DNA of 64,000 bases from a virus: the IMG/VR virus record IMGVR_UViG_3300035670_000027; one strand, written 5' to 3'. The notes beneath the pieces were generated by a model. The model had not been told where the DNA came from and did not search any database. It saw only the letters and a list, made by a program, of their open reading frames with translations. Of this stretch, positions 34,702 to 45,706 are shown piece after piece. Made by a program: the position numbers and the translations under genes. Positions within the stretch are counted from its first letter, which is position 1. Every line of letters starts with the position of its first letter.

Positions 34702-35756
34702 ACTTTTAACTTTGGATTACTTGTCATGAAATTCTTTTTTCTCATAACTGTTTTAGCAACTAGGTCCAACTCTTCAGCATCACGATCCCACTTGAGTACA
34801 AATGGCATATTGATATCTGATGCCATGTCAGCAATAACTGCTTCAGCGTCAGGACCTAACTTTGAAATTCTTTTACCATGAGTGTTATATGTCTTGCGGA
34901 ACAAGGCAGTCAACTCATCTGTTGTAATATCTTTTTGATTTCTTGCATCGTTAACACGGTCTAGAAAATGTCGAGTAAATTCTACATCAATGCCAAGTGC
35001 TTTAAACAACTTATCAGCATAAACTTCGATGCCTTTGAGATCACCTTGAGTAATGCTCTCCATTACTTGAAATGATTCTGTGAACATTCCACTACGACCA
35101 TAACGCAAGAAAATCATTGCGCCTGTTTTATCATCTTGAAGTATGATGGGTTTCTTTGGATACTTACGACCATATTGACGAATCTCATTGCCAACTTCAT
35201 CGTTACCAACATATGTTTCATACTTCAGATACTTCTTCTTACCTAGTCTTGCTTTGTTAAATCTTTCTGTGTCAACTACGAACACATCATTGTTTGCAAA
35301 CTTTGCTCTGCGAACAAGTGCCATCTGTGCTTTCTTGCCAACTGGTGCATCATCACCTGTGCCAGCAATTTGTCCACCACCAACTGCATTGACTGGTGCT
35401 TCTTCATTTAATTTCTTTTCAAACTTCTCATTTAGTCTATGTTTGCGAAACTCTTCTTCAAAGTTTTCTTCAGTCAAATTCTTTTCTTCTTTAATTAACC
35501 ACAAAGCGGCGGCATAAGATGCAAGGCGTGTTTTACCACCTGGAATTGTACCAAGCAACTTCTTTAACTTGATCATGAGAACATCAAAGGTTGTCAGAGA
35601 ATCTTTCTCTGCCATTGTTCTACGATCATCACCTTTCTTCAGAATGTTACCTTGTGAATCAATGACGCCAAGTTTATAGGCATCCCACTCAGTAAAAGGC
35701 TGAGTAAGTCTTCTTAAGATTCTGTAAACAACATATAAGTCTACTAAGTTTGCCAT
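34698..35756 (-). CDS. multi-domain probable virion protein
   Basis: Domains separated by LNEE and MES sites. Confidence 0.75.
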   Translation of the reverse strand: MANLVDLYVVYRILRRLTQPFTEWDAYKLGVIDSQGNILKKGDDRRTMAEKDSLTTFDVLMIKLKKLLGTIPGGKTRLASYAAALWLIKEEKNLTEENFEEEFRKHRLNEKFEKKLNEEAPVNAVGGGQIAGTGDDAPVGKKAQMALVRRAKFANNDVFVVDTERFNKARLGKKKYLKYETYVGNDEVGNEIRQYGRKYPKKPIILQDDKTGAMIFLRYGRSGMFTESFQVMESITQGDLKGIEVYADKLFKALGIDVEFTRHFLDRVNDARNQKDITTDELTALFRKTYNTHGKRISKLGPDAEAVIADMASDINMPFVLKWDRDAEELDLVAKTVMRKKNFMTSNPKLKV

Positions 35757-36103
35757 ACTCTTCTCTGAATTTCTTCTAACAATTCTATGTCATGTTCAAC
35801 ATTGTTCTTTATGTAATTTAGAAAAATCAAAAAACTATTTAAGACTTTGTGATTTTCTTTCTCTACTTTAAATGTTAACATGTTGACCGTTGCTTCTACC
35901 CCAAAAACATTTGAGAGAAAGATGATATGATTCAGCACCAGTCTTTCTCTCAACTCTCTTTTCTCAGAGTACTTGTTCAGCAGTCGCTTGATATACTTAA
36001 TTTTATTTAAGTCTTCAAGAAACTCAAGTACTGATATGCAATTTGGATTTTGATAATTGTTGATTGCATATTCATCAAAATCATCTTCATTCTGTATTAG
36101 CAT
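35744..36103 (-). CDS. conserved T4-like hypothetical protein
   Basis: EFxEDL..IKYIKRLL and ERLVLNH motifs. Confidence 0.85.
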   Translation of the reverse strand: MLIQNEDDFDEYAINNYQNPNCISVLEFLEDLNKIKYIKRLLNKYSEKRELRERLVLNHIIFLSNVFGVEATVNMLTFKVEKENHKVLNSFLIFLNYIKNNVEHDIELLEEIQRRVWQT

Positions 36104-36108
36104 AATAA

Positions 36109-36528
36109 TTAGAATGCGCTAAGTGAAGCCCTCACAATGTTTGTTGAGTTCGCCGCAATGTAGATGTAGTTATCATCCCATGCAATTGTACCAACTGCCC
36201 AACCAACTGCGGTATTGTTACCACTTGCTGGTGTTTGTTTTGTGCGAATACGAATCTCATCATTGTTGAAATCTGCAAGACCGACAACCTCAAAGCGAGT
36301 GTTTGGTGTAACCTTAACAACATCACCACCAATCGTTGCAGTACCAGATGTGGTATTTGCGCTAATATCGATTGTGCTGAAAACTGTTTGAGATGTTTCA
36401 CCAAAGATATCACCGAGTTCAACTTTCTTTGAAACTGGTGATCCTGATGGATCGTCAATAATCAAAAGAAGATCAGTATTTGCTGGTGCAGTCAATGCGG
36501 TCAACTGCGTTACTTTTTTATCTGCCAT
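36109..36528 (-). CDS. probable structural protein
   Basis: MADKKVTQL start; GTIAWDDNYIY motif. Confidence 0.75.
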   Translation of the reverse strand: MADKKVTQLTALTAPANTDLLLIIDDPSGSPVSKKVELGDIFGETSQTVFSTIDISANTTSGTATIGGDVVKVTPNTRFEVVGLADFNNDEIRIRTKQTPASGNNTAVGWAVGTIAWDDNYIYIAANSTNIVRASLSAF

Positions 36529-36548
36529 TTAATTCTCCTAATTTTATA

Positions 36549-36570
36549 AACCCCCTCCGAAGAGGGGGAA
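36549..36570 (-). terminator. intrinsic terminator
   Basis: CCCCCTC-TTCG-GAGGGGG-TTT. Confidence 0.8.
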
Positions 36571-36602
36571 TGCTACTCCTGGGACTCAGGCCAAAGTGTT
36601 AC

Positions 36603-37349
36603 TTAAACAACTTCTGTAAGTGTTGCGTTAGCGGAAACTGTATTTGCAGTTACACCAGCCGCAGACAACTGAACACGATAGATGTATCCATCAAGTCCTG
36701 TGTTATCAGAAATTGTAAGTGTCGCATTACTTGTGTTAGAGTACACACCAGTATTAGTTAGATTCACAAAGCCAGCGCCTTGATCTTCTTGCCAACGATA
36801 GTTAATTGTAGTACCTGCTGGTAGTGTGCTTGCAACAACTGAGAACGAAACTGCATCACCAGTATTTGCTGATGAGTTTTGTGGCTGAGTATTGATTGTA
36901 ATAACTGTGTCTGGATAGACAACATCTTCAGCGTCAGCAGAAATGCTAGACAATGCAACCAATACTTCACGCTTGTCACGGGTGCGACCATGAACATCTG
37001 TGTAAGTATTGCGTAGAACCCAACCTGCATCTCTTGTGGTTGCTTCTGCTTCAGTTGTATCAACACCGAAAGTCTTGCGACCATCAGCAGGTGTTAAATA
37101 CTTTGGTGTGTCTTGACCAGTAATGGTACCACCAGAAACATTAGAGCCAGAGAATGCTGGACTAATTGTTAGGTAAGTATCATTAGCGATTGCGACAACC
37201 TTGTATTTGCTATCTGAAATTGTAATCATGTCGCCAATGTTTAAATTAGCGGTAAATGAGGTACTTGTTCCGACAACAATTGTTTCAGTATTGTTAACAT
37301 CTACAGTACCGGCGATTGAGAATGAATCTCTTTTTCCCCATAGTGCCAT
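36603..37349 (-). CDS. virion protein with C-terminal Ig-like domain (Hoc-like)
   Basis: ITINTQP...YRWQ...YRV Ig pattern. Confidence 0.8.
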   Translation of the reverse strand: MALWGKRDSFSIAGTVDVNNTETIVVGTSTSFTANLNIGDMITISDSKYKVVAIANDTYLTISPAFSGSNVSGGTITGQDTPKYLTPADGRKTFGVDTTEAEATTRDAGWVLRNTYTDVHGRTRDKREVLVALSSISADAEDVVYPDTVITINTQPQNSSANTGDAVSFSVVASTLPAGTTINYRWQEDQGAGFVNLTNTGVYSNTSNATLTISDNTGLDGYIYRVQLSAAGVTANTVSANATLTEVV

Positions 37350-37361
37350 TGTTTTTCTCCT

Positions 37362-37853
37362 TTAGTATCCTAATCTTCGTAGTTGAGATATGGTTTTCAT
37401 AGTATTTATATGACGAATACCTATACCACCCTTTGCAACCCATTCATTTATGTTTTTAATGTGGTCATCGATAAGTAAATTTGGTTTGCCATCTTTTGTC
37501 ATAGCATAATTCTGCTTTTGTTCACGAGGAACAAGGTGTGTTTCTTTCACACGACCCAAATGCTTACGAATCCACTCTATTTTTTCTGGTCTACAAGTTG
37601 GCATTCTTTTAGAAGGCGTAGAAAGAATGATTGGATTGTAACCACGAATAAACTTCCATAATGCCATGCCATCTGGCATAGGGTCTAGGTTTGCCCAAAA
37701 CTTGGGTACCCGTTTTAGTGCTTCCCATTTCGCTTCCTTGTCTTCGTCTGGGAAATCACGCAAGCCTTGCATACGCAATGCTTCATTGGCGCCGCCTAAA
37801 AAATTGACTAGCACCTGGTCCATATCGCAATAAATTTGTGGTAACTGTTCCAT
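37362..37853 (-). CDS. HAD-family 5'(3')-deoxyribonucleotidase
   Basis: DMDQVL and LIDD motifs. Confidence 0.85.
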   Translation of the reverse strand: MEQLPQIYCDMDQVLVNFLGGANEALRMQGLRDFPDEDKEAKWEALKRVPKFWANLDPMPDGMALWKFIRGYNPIILSTPSKRMPTCRPEKIEWIRKHLGRVKETHLVPREQKQNYAMTKDGKPNLLIDDHIKNINEWVAKGGIGIRHINTMKTISQLRRLGY

Positions 37854-39683
37854 TTAATTCTTTTCATCGACCTCTGGATCAATCGTAATAGGTTCTTTTT
37901 TATTGCTTATCTTTTCGCCGCTTTTAACTGGCTTTTCTTTACCAGTCGCTTCTTTTTTCATTTCTTTCTTTTCAGCCATAATTTTTTTAACGACATTTGC
38001 TCCAGTAGACTTCATCTTACCTGGAATCATTACGCCTTCTTCTTTTGGCTTCTTGCCTGCTTTCTTCATAGAGATTGCAATGGCGGCTTGTTGTGCAGGT
38101 GATGATGCTTCTTCAACTTCTTCTTTCATTTTCTTTTCGTCTGGGCTCTTACCAAAAGTCTTATGCACAAGTTTGTCTAACTTTGTGTGAAACTCAGTTT
38201 CTTTTTTCTTGCTTGCGCCTTCGTCTTTTGCTTCTTCTAAAGCGGCTTTGGCATCATCCATAGACTTGTAGTACTTTGTTTTTTTGCCGTCTTTGTATAG
38301 TGCAAACTTTTCATCGCCATACTTTTCAATATGATCGTTACCTTTTTTCCACACTACAGGACCACCAGATTCTTCAAGTGCCTCTTCTTCGTTCATCTTT
38401 CTCACTACACGATTCTGTGCAAGACCAGAAACAAATTTGATTTTTGCACCTGCCAATTGCTGAAGTGTTTTGATATCAAGTTTGTCAAGCATTGCAGTAA
38501 GTTTCTTGTAATTGTCACTTGCTGGATCAATCTTGCCAATCTTCTCATATTCTTGACGCAACTTTGCAACTTGTGCAGAAGACATGCCTTCTTCAAGTTC
38601 TTCTTTTTTGATTGGCTTCTTTTGTTGTTGCATTGCTCTTCTTTGCGCCGCAAGTTTTTCTAAACCAGGATTAACATATTTTTCTTCAACATCTTCTTCT
38701 TTGATTGACTTCTTTTGTTGTTGCTTTTTCATTGCCATCTTTGCTAGATGTTTTGCAATAGAAGGACCAACGCCACGCTTGCCAGGAACAACACCAGGAT
38801 TCTTCTTTGGTTTGTCTGGTGTGAATGGTAAGTCTCTTTCTTCATCGAGGTCTTCTTTGTACATGTTGAGTTCGTAACGCTTGTTGTCAAGGTTAGTCAC
38901 CTGTACTTGAATTGCTTTTTTACCAGTCTTATCTAGCAAACGATATGCATTTGCTTTACCAGATGATGGTTTCTTTGGACCCATCGCAACATTGCGGTCA
39001 ATCTCTTGTGGATCAACTTCAATGTTATATTTCTTTTTTGCAAAATCATATGCGTGTGCCATCGCTGAAGAAAAGTCTTTGTGATAGAGTTCATAGCCTG
39101 TACCAGACTTACCTTCTTCAAGTTCTACATCTTCTTTTACTTTTTTATCTTTATATGATTTGTACAATGTTTTTAATGCATCTTGCTTAAGTTTGTTAGT
39201 TTTAATTGGGTTCGCTTTTTTTCCTGTTGGCACACCCTCCGCACCACGACTTGAAGATGGTTGAGATTTGTCCATTTCATTGATTTCAACTTCTTCAGCC
39301 ACACTACGAATCACCTCAGCAATTTTTGATGCGGTTGCTTCTGGATGACGCTTAACGGCTGATGCAAATTCTTTGTCTACCATCTTCTTGGCAGACTGAG
39401 GATTGTTACCATACTTGATTAATAGTTTAGTAACATCCTCTTTGCTAACAGGCTTTTTTGCTTCGTCAAGATTAGCCTCCTCATTCTTTGCTTGATGCAT
39501 TGAATCAAGTGTATTGAAGAATGCTTTCTTTTCGTCTGGCGACAACTGGCTCAATGAAGTAATGCCTTTCTTTTTCATCAAGGCTTTTACTTTCATCTGA
39601 TATTCAGTTTCTTCAGTTTGAATCTTCTTGACTGCATCAAGCAATGATTCTGGCAAACCAAATTTGTTTGACATGTGGTCCAT
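37854..39683 (-). CDS. probable internal head polyprotein
   Basis: Lys/Glu-rich modules bounded by (L/V/I)xE sites. Confidence 0.75.
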   Translation of the reverse strand: MDHMSNKFGLPESLLDAVKKIQTEETEYQMKVKALMKKKGITSLSQLSPDEKKAFFNTLDSMHQAKNEEANLDEAKKPVSKEDVTKLLIKYGNNPQSAKKMVDKEFASAVKRHPEATASKIAEVIRSVAEEVEINEMDKSQPSSSRGAEGVPTGKKANPIKTNKLKQDALKTLYKSYKDKKVKEDVELEEGKSGTGYELYHKDFSSAMAHAYDFAKKKYNIEVDPQEIDRNVAMGPKKPSSGKANAYRLLDKTGKKAIQVQVTNLDNKRYELNMYKEDLDEERDLPFTPDKPKKNPGVVPGKRGVGPSIAKHLAKMAMKKQQQKKSIKEEDVEEKYVNPGLEKLAAQRRAMQQQKKPIKKEELEEGMSSAQVAKLRQEYEKIGKIDPASDNYKKLTAMLDKLDIKTLQQLAGAKIKFVSGLAQNRVVRKMNEEEALEESGGPVVWKKGNDHIEKYGDEKFALYKDGKKTKYYKSMDDAKAALEEAKDEGASKKKETEFHTKLDKLVHKTFGKSPDEKKMKEEVEEASSPAQQAAIAISMKKAGKKPKEEGVMIPGKMKSTGANVVKKIMAEKKEMKKEATGKEKPVKSGEKISNKKEPITIDPEVDEKN

Positions 39684-39970
39684 TATAGTTCCTCTCTAAT
39701 TTCTAAAACTAAGTTTCCGTTACCTTTTAAAATTCTATGATACTGCATAGCCTCGATAAAATAAATTTTTCCTTCTTCTAAATCTACTGGAAGTTCATTG
39801 TCCATTTGCAACTTCCAATCTTTAGATTCTACAACTTTGACATAGCGATCTCTACGATCACGATGCCATATTAATTCTTCGCCAACAACATTATCATCAA
39901 ATGTTCTGTGAATAATACCTTCAGCCCAAAACTCTGAGTAAGGTTTACCAGAAGAAGTTTCCACCACCAC
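39683..39970 (-). CDS. small cupin-like protein
   Basis: WHRD...HR motifs. Confidence 0.7.
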   Translation of the reverse strand: MVVETSSGKPYSEFWAEGIIHRTFDDNVVGEELIWHRDRRDRYVKVVESKDWKLQMDNELPVDLEEGKIYFIEAMQYHRILKGNGNLVLEIREEL

Positions 39971-42908
39971 TTAATCCTAACTGCTTTGCATATCTTGGTG
40001 TATTGCAAGCCCAGTATGCGGCACTTGTTCTATCTTTCTGTGTTGAACATTGATGACGAGCCGCAAAAGATTTTCTTGCTTCTGGATCATTCATCTTAAC
40101 TGATAGACCAGTCGTATCGCCCCATGTGACTTTCTTAATGCCACCATCAGGTTTTCTTACATACACATAAAACTTTTTAGGACCACCACGCTTTGGTTGA
40201 TTCAATGGTGGGTCTTTCTCTTCTTCTTCGTACATTGGGCAGTCAAGAGGAACATGATTGCCATCGTATTCTGCAAACTCGCCAATGTCTGTTTCTTCAA
40301 TGAGATGTTTATCTTCTGCGCTGAGTTCTAACTTGCCTTCGTTATACAATTTTCTTGCTTCACGAAAGAGTTCGAAATAGTTTTCTGAACCTACACGATA
40401 GACATTTTCGCACAATGGTACTTGATTGTCCATGTGCCAATCGATTGCTTCATGCACCTTTTCTCTAGAGAACATCTTCTTCAAGTCTTTAAACTTTTCA
40501 GGAAGTTGTACTGCTGGTTTTTCATCAGAAAATTCTGCAACATTTACTAGACTTTCTTGCCCTGGAGTATCTGCCGCATACTTCTTACGCATTTGGTCAG
40601 TTCCCCACTCCAGGGCTTCGATAAAATTTGCGAATTCTTCGTTCTTTGAAACTTTCTTTGCAAGGTCACTATCAGCACCGCCCCAAGTTCCTTTGCCTTT
40701 TGTGATGAATGAGTTCACTCTAGCAAACGCCCATTGTTGTGGTGTTGTACCTGGACGATGACCACCTTGCCATGCCGCCATACCACGGTCATAGACTTTC
40801 TTTAGAATGCCGTAAGGTATGCCAGACTTCTCTGCTTTCTTTTTGAGTCCATCGATCTCTTCGAAAAGATCAGCAAATTCTTTAATTTCTTCTTCAGTCA
40901 ATTCTTCTTGTGGAATCTCTGAGATTGCTTCGTAGATATCCTCATCATCGATTTCAAATTCATCTTCGCCTTCTTCTTCATCGTCTTCCATATCTTCATC
41001 ATCGTAATCGTACATACCTTCAAACTCAAGATAGTCTTTTACGCTTTCGATATAGTCTGTTGCTTTTGTAATCTTAGAGAGAACCCATGCTTCTGGTTCT
41101 TCATCCATCATGTCAAGCAACTCTAGAAGTTCTTCAGCATCTTGCATGAGATTAGCAACTTCAATCTGTGCCATCTCAAGCCCATCAATTTTATCGTAAT
41201 CATCGTACTCGCCTTTTTCAACCATGTTGGCAAGTTTCTTTGTGTCTACGCCAGGATAACTTCTGGCAACTTGTGATGCATAATAGAGTTTATCTTTACT
41301 ACCATCTTTCTTTCTTGCCAATACACCTTGCAATGCATCTTTGGCTAAACTATATGACTTCGCATGTGTGATTGGGCTGAGTGCTTTGCGAATGCCAAAC
41401 ATGTCTTCAAAGACTTCGTTGACTTCTTCTTTTTGCAATTGTGTTCTTGTCAAACGGAACAACTGATCGGATGATGTGACCATATCAAGCAAAGTAGTAA
41501 GAAGATTCTGTGTCGCAGTTCTTTCTGTAGGATTCAATACTTCGCCATTGTCCATCTTTGTAATTGAACGCTTGATGATTGCTAGAAGTTTTTTGTCAGC
41601 AAGACCCATGCGAACCAATTGCTCTAACTTGTTGACTTGTTTCTTGTCTAACTCTTCGCCATACATCTGCTTAAATTTCTTTGTATGCTTTGACTGTGGC
41701 ATGCCTTTTTCTCTTGCCTCTTTGTCGCCTGGTGCGTCTGCGTATGCTGATTGATCAGAATCAGACTTTGGTCCCATACGCTTGAAGTGTGCATCTCTAC
41801 GCTCTTTAGTATCTTTGTCTAAACCTTTATAATACTTTGAAGGTTGTGTACCTGGTTTACCAGACACATCTTTGTCTTGTGGCAGTTTACCTTCTAAGAA
41901 ATTTTCAAACGCTTCATTCTTTGCTTGTGTTTGGCGCTTCTTTCTTTCAATCTCTGCTTTGCGTACTCTTGGTAGCAAGCGCATTGAAATCTTTGCGATT
42001 GCGCCTTTCATCTTTTCAACTTTTTTATCAACTGCAATCTTTTGTCCAACTGAAAGAGACTTGTATGCTTTGCCGCCACCAAAACGCTTTTTCAAAAACT
42101 TAAGTGCGGCTCTTCTTGCTCTAGTTTTTAGTTTGCCTTGTGTAGCAAAACGGCGAGAGGCGAGTTCTCTAGTTCTCTTTAGTTTTGCTTTCATTCTTCT
42201 CAGCATCATACCTCTTTTTCTACGCTGAGCCATTGATAAGGCTTCGGTAGTATTCTCTTCCTTTTCTTCAGGAACGCAATTTGGTACCATACGATTACCC
42301 TTCTTTTTTAGTCCTTGTTGTTTGTAACCAACCCAACATGCTTCGTCTATACTTTCTGTTAATCTCATTCCTTTTTTAACTGCATCAAACATTTGCTTTG
42401 CTTGCATATCGTTGAGTGCAGATGGAACACCTTCTTTAAACTTTTTGAAATCGTTATCTCTTACAAAACCACGCATCTTAGAAGCGGACATACCAGATAC
42501 ACCTTCGGCATCAGGATCACGCTCACCTGCGCTAATGACTTCTATTGAATTGAAGGTAAAGTCTTTACCATTGTATCGATTCAATAGAGTTTTAAATTCT
42601 TGTACACGATCACTTCCGACAACAACTGTTACATCGGTAAACTTTTCTCTTTGAAGTTCTTGCATGACTTCAATGATTGTTCTTGCTCTTGACTTGACAA
42701 CATCAAGCATTTTACCAAAAGCAAGTTTCGCAAACTTCAGTTTGTCATCGTATGAAAGTGGATCTTTTTTGGGATTAGTCGTGTGGGAAAGATACAGTCT
42801 AGCGACTGCGCCACGAGATTTTGCCGCTTTGGCTATATTTTGTGCAACCAGTTCATGACCGGTTGTTGATGGATTCATTCTACCGAATCCGAGTGTAACT
42901 TTCTTCAT
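39945..42908 (-). CDS. cytidylyltransferase-like domain fused to multiple internal-protein modules
   Basis: FGRxNPxTxGH, VVGSDR and SASKMR, followed by E-delimited modules. Confidence 0.85.
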   Translation of the reverse strand: MKKVTLGFGRMNPSTTGHELVAQNIAKAAKSRGAVARLYLSHTTNPKKDPLSYDDKLKFAKLAFGKMLDVVKSRARTIIEVMQELQREKFTDVTVVVGSDRVQEFKTLLNRYNGKDFTFNSIEVISAGERDPDAEGVSGMSASKMRGFVRDNDFKKFKEGVPSALNDMQAKQMFDAVKKGMRLTESIDEACWVGYKQQGLKKKGNRMVPNCVPEEKEENTTEALSMAQRRKRGMMLRRMKAKLKRTRELASRRFATQGKLKTRARRAALKFLKKRFGGGKAYKSLSVGQKIAVDKKVEKMKGAIAKISMRLLPRVRKAEIERKKRQTQAKNEAFENFLEGKLPQDKDVSGKPGTQPSKYYKGLDKDTKERRDAHFKRMGPKSDSDQSAYADAPGDKEAREKGMPQSKHTKKFKQMYGEELDKKQVNKLEQLVRMGLADKKLLAIIKRSITKMDNGEVLNPTERTATQNLLTTLLDMVTSSDQLFRLTRTQLQKEEVNEVFEDMFGIRKALSPITHAKSYSLAKDALQGVLARKKDGSKDKLYYASQVARSYPGVDTKKLANMVEKGEYDDYDKIDGLEMAQIEVANLMQDAEELLELLDMMDEEPEAWVLSKITKATDYIESVKDYLEFEGMYDYDDEDMEDDEEEGEDEFEIDDEDIYEAISEIPQEELTEEEIKEFADLFEEIDGLKKKAEKSGIPYGILKKVYDRGMAAWQGGHRPGTTPQQWAFARVNSFITKGKGTWGGADSDLAKKVSKNEEFANFIEALEWGTDQMRKKYAADTPGQESLVNVAEFSDEKPAVQLPEKFKDLKKMFSREKVHEAIDWHMDNQVPLCENVYRVGSENYFELFREARKLYNEGKLELSAEDKHLIEETDIGEFAEYDGNHVPLDCPMYEEEEKDPPLNQPKRGGPKKFYVYVRKPDGGIKKVTWGDTTGLSVKMNDPEARKSFAARHQCSTQKDRTSAAYWACNTPRYAKQLGLSGGGNFFW

Positions 42909-42978
42909 GGAGTTTTCCTTAGACTTATCCTGACAGGTTTGGCATACCCTAACTGTCCATACTTCTTATTTAGTAATT

Positions 42979-43980
42979 TTAAACGCCACCTCGCTCATTT
43001 GCCGCAATTTTAATGACATTTCCTGTCATTCTACTCTTGTATGCGGCTAACGCTCTAGTTCCTGGATAACCAGGGATTGATTTTCTTGTTGAATCGTTAC
43101 GAATTAGAAACCATACTTTCTTACTGTCTGGCACTTCGCTGAGTTTTGTAATCACGCTTGAAACGCTGATTGTCAGAGTATTGTTCTCACCAGTATATTT
43201 GAAGTCATCACCTTCGAATGTTCGTGTGATAACTGAACCTTTGTTTGGCAGAATATCGCTACCAAAGATTACGCTCTTTGATTCTTCTACTGTTGCTTCA
43301 ATACCAATGTTTGGTGTAATCTTAATAACGCCACCAGCAAGACTTTCTACTTTTACTTTATTCTCTTTAACTGCTTTGTCTAAAAAGTTCTTTGCATTCT
43401 CTCTCCAGAAACTATCAGCAGATTCCCAATACTCAGCATTGTCTTTCTTCAATGAGACTGGTATCACTTTACCTTTTGAATCTGTAATGGTCAAGTCTGC
43501 TTTCTTTCTGCCTGCGGTGTCTTCACCAGTTCTCTTTGCAATCTTTGCTTCTTTGATGAGGTGTTTGTGCTTACCATCTGTAAACAATACATCACACACA
43601 CCATACTTTTGAATCACAAAGTTAATTGCTTGCACTAAGTTTGTTTCGTTTGCAACACCAGCAGAGGCAGTACCTTGTAGTGAAAGAGGCTTAACTGCAA
43701 TTCTGAAATTAGCAACATCAATGTGACCAAGAGAACCACCGAATGAACGATTTGGATTTCTCTTACCACCAAGTTGATTCATTAGATTCGCCATCACGGT
43801 ATCACGCTTTTCATTTGTCAAAACAAAGAGTGATCTTGCATCTTTTTTCTTCAAGTCTTTATAGCCGATAGAAGCCATGTACTTCATCAACGCATCTAAT
43901 GTTGTAAATCGTGCCATATTACCATCCTCTTCTTCGTTTTTCTTTTCGGTAATAAATGATCTGAATCTCATTATTGCCAT
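42979..43980 (-). CDS. hypothetical protein, possibly PD-(D/E)xK nuclease-like
   Basis: KAD...VSLK motif; N-terminal FRSFITE. Confidence 0.7.
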   Translation of the reverse strand: MAIMRFRSFITEKKNEEEDGNMARFTTLDALMKYMASIGYKDLKKKDARSLFVLTNEKRDTVMANLMNQLGGKRNPNRSFGGSLGHIDVANFRIAVKPLSLQGTASAGVANETNLVQAINFVIQKYGVCDVLFTDGKHKHLIKEAKIAKRTGEDTAGRKKADLTITDSKGKVIPVSLKKDNAEYWESADSFWRENAKNFLDKAVKENKVKVESLAGGVIKITPNIGIEATVEESKSVIFGSDILPNKGSVITRTFEGDDFKYTGENNTLTISVSSVITKLSEVPDSKKVWFLIRNDSTRKSIPGYPGTRALAAYKSRMTGNVIKIAANERGGV

Positions 43981-44027
43981 GGTTTTTGGTCTCTTTCTTT
44001 ATAAATTGAGGTGTAGCCTTTCATCTG

Positions 44028-45257
44028 CTACCTCTGCCAGCCTTTAATAACATCCGGTGAGAAATTGGCGTAACTGAATCTCATTCTGTCAACCAACTTC
44101 ACGGTGTTACCACTCAGATGGTCAATCGCAACATATCCCTCAACACCCGTAACTTCGTAACCTTTATTTGTCATCAAGAAAGTACCAATCGACTTCACTT
44201 GATCTAGTTTTGTAATCAGCACCAACTTCGCTTCAGCAAGCAAGTTCATCAAAGTAAAAATACTTTCAAGTTCAGATTTATTTCCAGCAGAAAAGAATTT
44301 CAAAACCTCATCACGCTTTGCGTATGTAGTCGCTTTTCCTTTCTCGCCTTTCTTTGATGCTTCTTTTTCATAGTAGTCTGTAATGAATTGAATGAGTTCA
44401 GCAACATGTCGCTTGACATTTGTGATCTTCAATTGATTTCGTACTTTTGTATTGTTGAATGTCTTGATGCGATCTCTTAAATCATCATTGCCTGCAATAA
44501 AGTTCAATGTTTTTGCATCGATGCGATAGAATACTTTGCCTGCATCAGATAGAATCTTTGTGATTTTCTTTGTTTCGGCATCTGTCATTGTCGCTTTGCC
44601 TGAGAGGTCACGATAGTTCACATCGGTCGACCAAACTCTTGGTGTTTTTCGAATCATTGAAAGAATATCTTTACCAAAGACTGCTCTCATCTCTTCAAAT
44701 GTATTGCCTTCGTATAGTGTGTGCCATACAACGCCAATTTTAGCGGCTTTTATCTCTTTTGCAAGTTCACTTTGCGCTGGGATTGCATACACGATTGTAT
44801 TTGGATGAAAGGTGATATACTCTTCACCATCAATTGTTGCAGTCTTCAAGTCTTTTTCTGTGAAAAGCAAGTCACCTTGAATCACGCCTTTGGTGATTCC
44901 TAGGTTTTTAAATTCTTCAAGAGATGCTTTCAGTTTATCTGCTAGGTCTCCTGAAGTGTCGGCATCGATCTCGGATGGCGTCTTGTATATTTTGGGATTC
45001 TTATTGAATATTCCCTTCTTTGCGACAAAAAATTTCCCATCGCTTGGATCGATTCCAACGAAAACTGCGGGTGCACCATCCCACTTTACTGTAATGTCTA
45101 CACGCTTGGTAGATTTACCAGCAAGCATATCACGCACCGCTCTAAGTGCATTGATTGAGTTACGGGCACCAGTTACACCATGGTTGAGAACATCGTCCTC
45201 TGCATGCTCCATGTGTGTATTTTTCTGTTCTACTATAAATTGTTTGAAGTTCAACAT
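44028..45257 (-). CDS. conserved T4-like protein with ligase-like motifs
   Basis: KWDG, QGD, EGYV and KLVDR motifs; N-terminal FKQFIVE; late promoter upstream. Confidence 0.8.
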   Translation of the reverse strand: MLNFKQFIVEQKNTHMEHAEDDVLNHGVTGARNSINALRAVRDMLAGKSTKRVDITVKWDGAPAVFVGIDPSDGKFFVAKKGIFNKNPKIYKTPSEIDADTSGDLADKLKASLEEFKNLGITKGVIQGDLLFTEKDLKTATIDGEEYITFHPNTIVYAIPAQSELAKEIKAAKIGVVWHTLYEGNTFEEMRAVFGKDILSMIRKTPRVWSTDVNYRDLSGKATMTDAETKKITKILSDAGKVFYRIDAKTLNFIAGNDDLRDRIKTFNNTKVRNQLKITNVKRHVAELIQFITDYYEKEASKKGEKGKATTYAKRDEVLKFFSAGNKSELESIFTLMNLLAEAKLVLITKLDQVKSIGTFLMTNKGYEVTGVEGYVAIDHLSGNTVKLVDRMRFSYANFSPDVIKGWQR

Positions 45258-45312
45258 TGTCCTAGATAAAAAAAGTCCATCTTGCGATGGACTATTTATA
45301 AGATTGAAAGAT

Positions 45313-45651
45313 TTATCGCCTCATTGTGGCTTGATCTTTGGCTTCTTCATCGGAAAAGATAGGCACCGCATTTGACTTATGTAGGGTGCCAATGCCAAGC
45401 ATTTTTGTGCCTGTATATCGAACACCTTTGATAGGTTTCGTGCAAGTGTCAGGACTGTTTGTCATCAAACTAGGATAGTGTGGCGTTTGCCTCACAAAAG
45501 GTTTGGGCGGCACATAGGTGTCGCTTTTATTTGCCTTAGCAACAGGCTTTGTCGCATGTTTTAGTTTAATGGCTTCCCACTCAGCGGCAAGTTGCCGTTG
45601 CTTTGCGGTAGGCTTACGCTTTTTGGAACGCTGATTTGTGTAAATTATCAT
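45313..45651 (-). CDS. hypothetical protein
   Basis: HKSNAVP motif; sigma70 promoter just upstream. Confidence 0.75.
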   Translation of the reverse strand: MIIYTNQRSKKRKPTAKQRQLAAEWEAIKLKHATKPVAKANKSDTYVPPKPFVRQTPHYPSLMTNSPDTCTKPIKGVRYTGTKMLGIGTLHKSNAVPIFSDEEAKDQATMRR

Positions 45652-45706
45652 GCTTACACTATAACATAACGACAAACTCCTGTCAATACTGTAAATTTAT
45701 ACAGTA

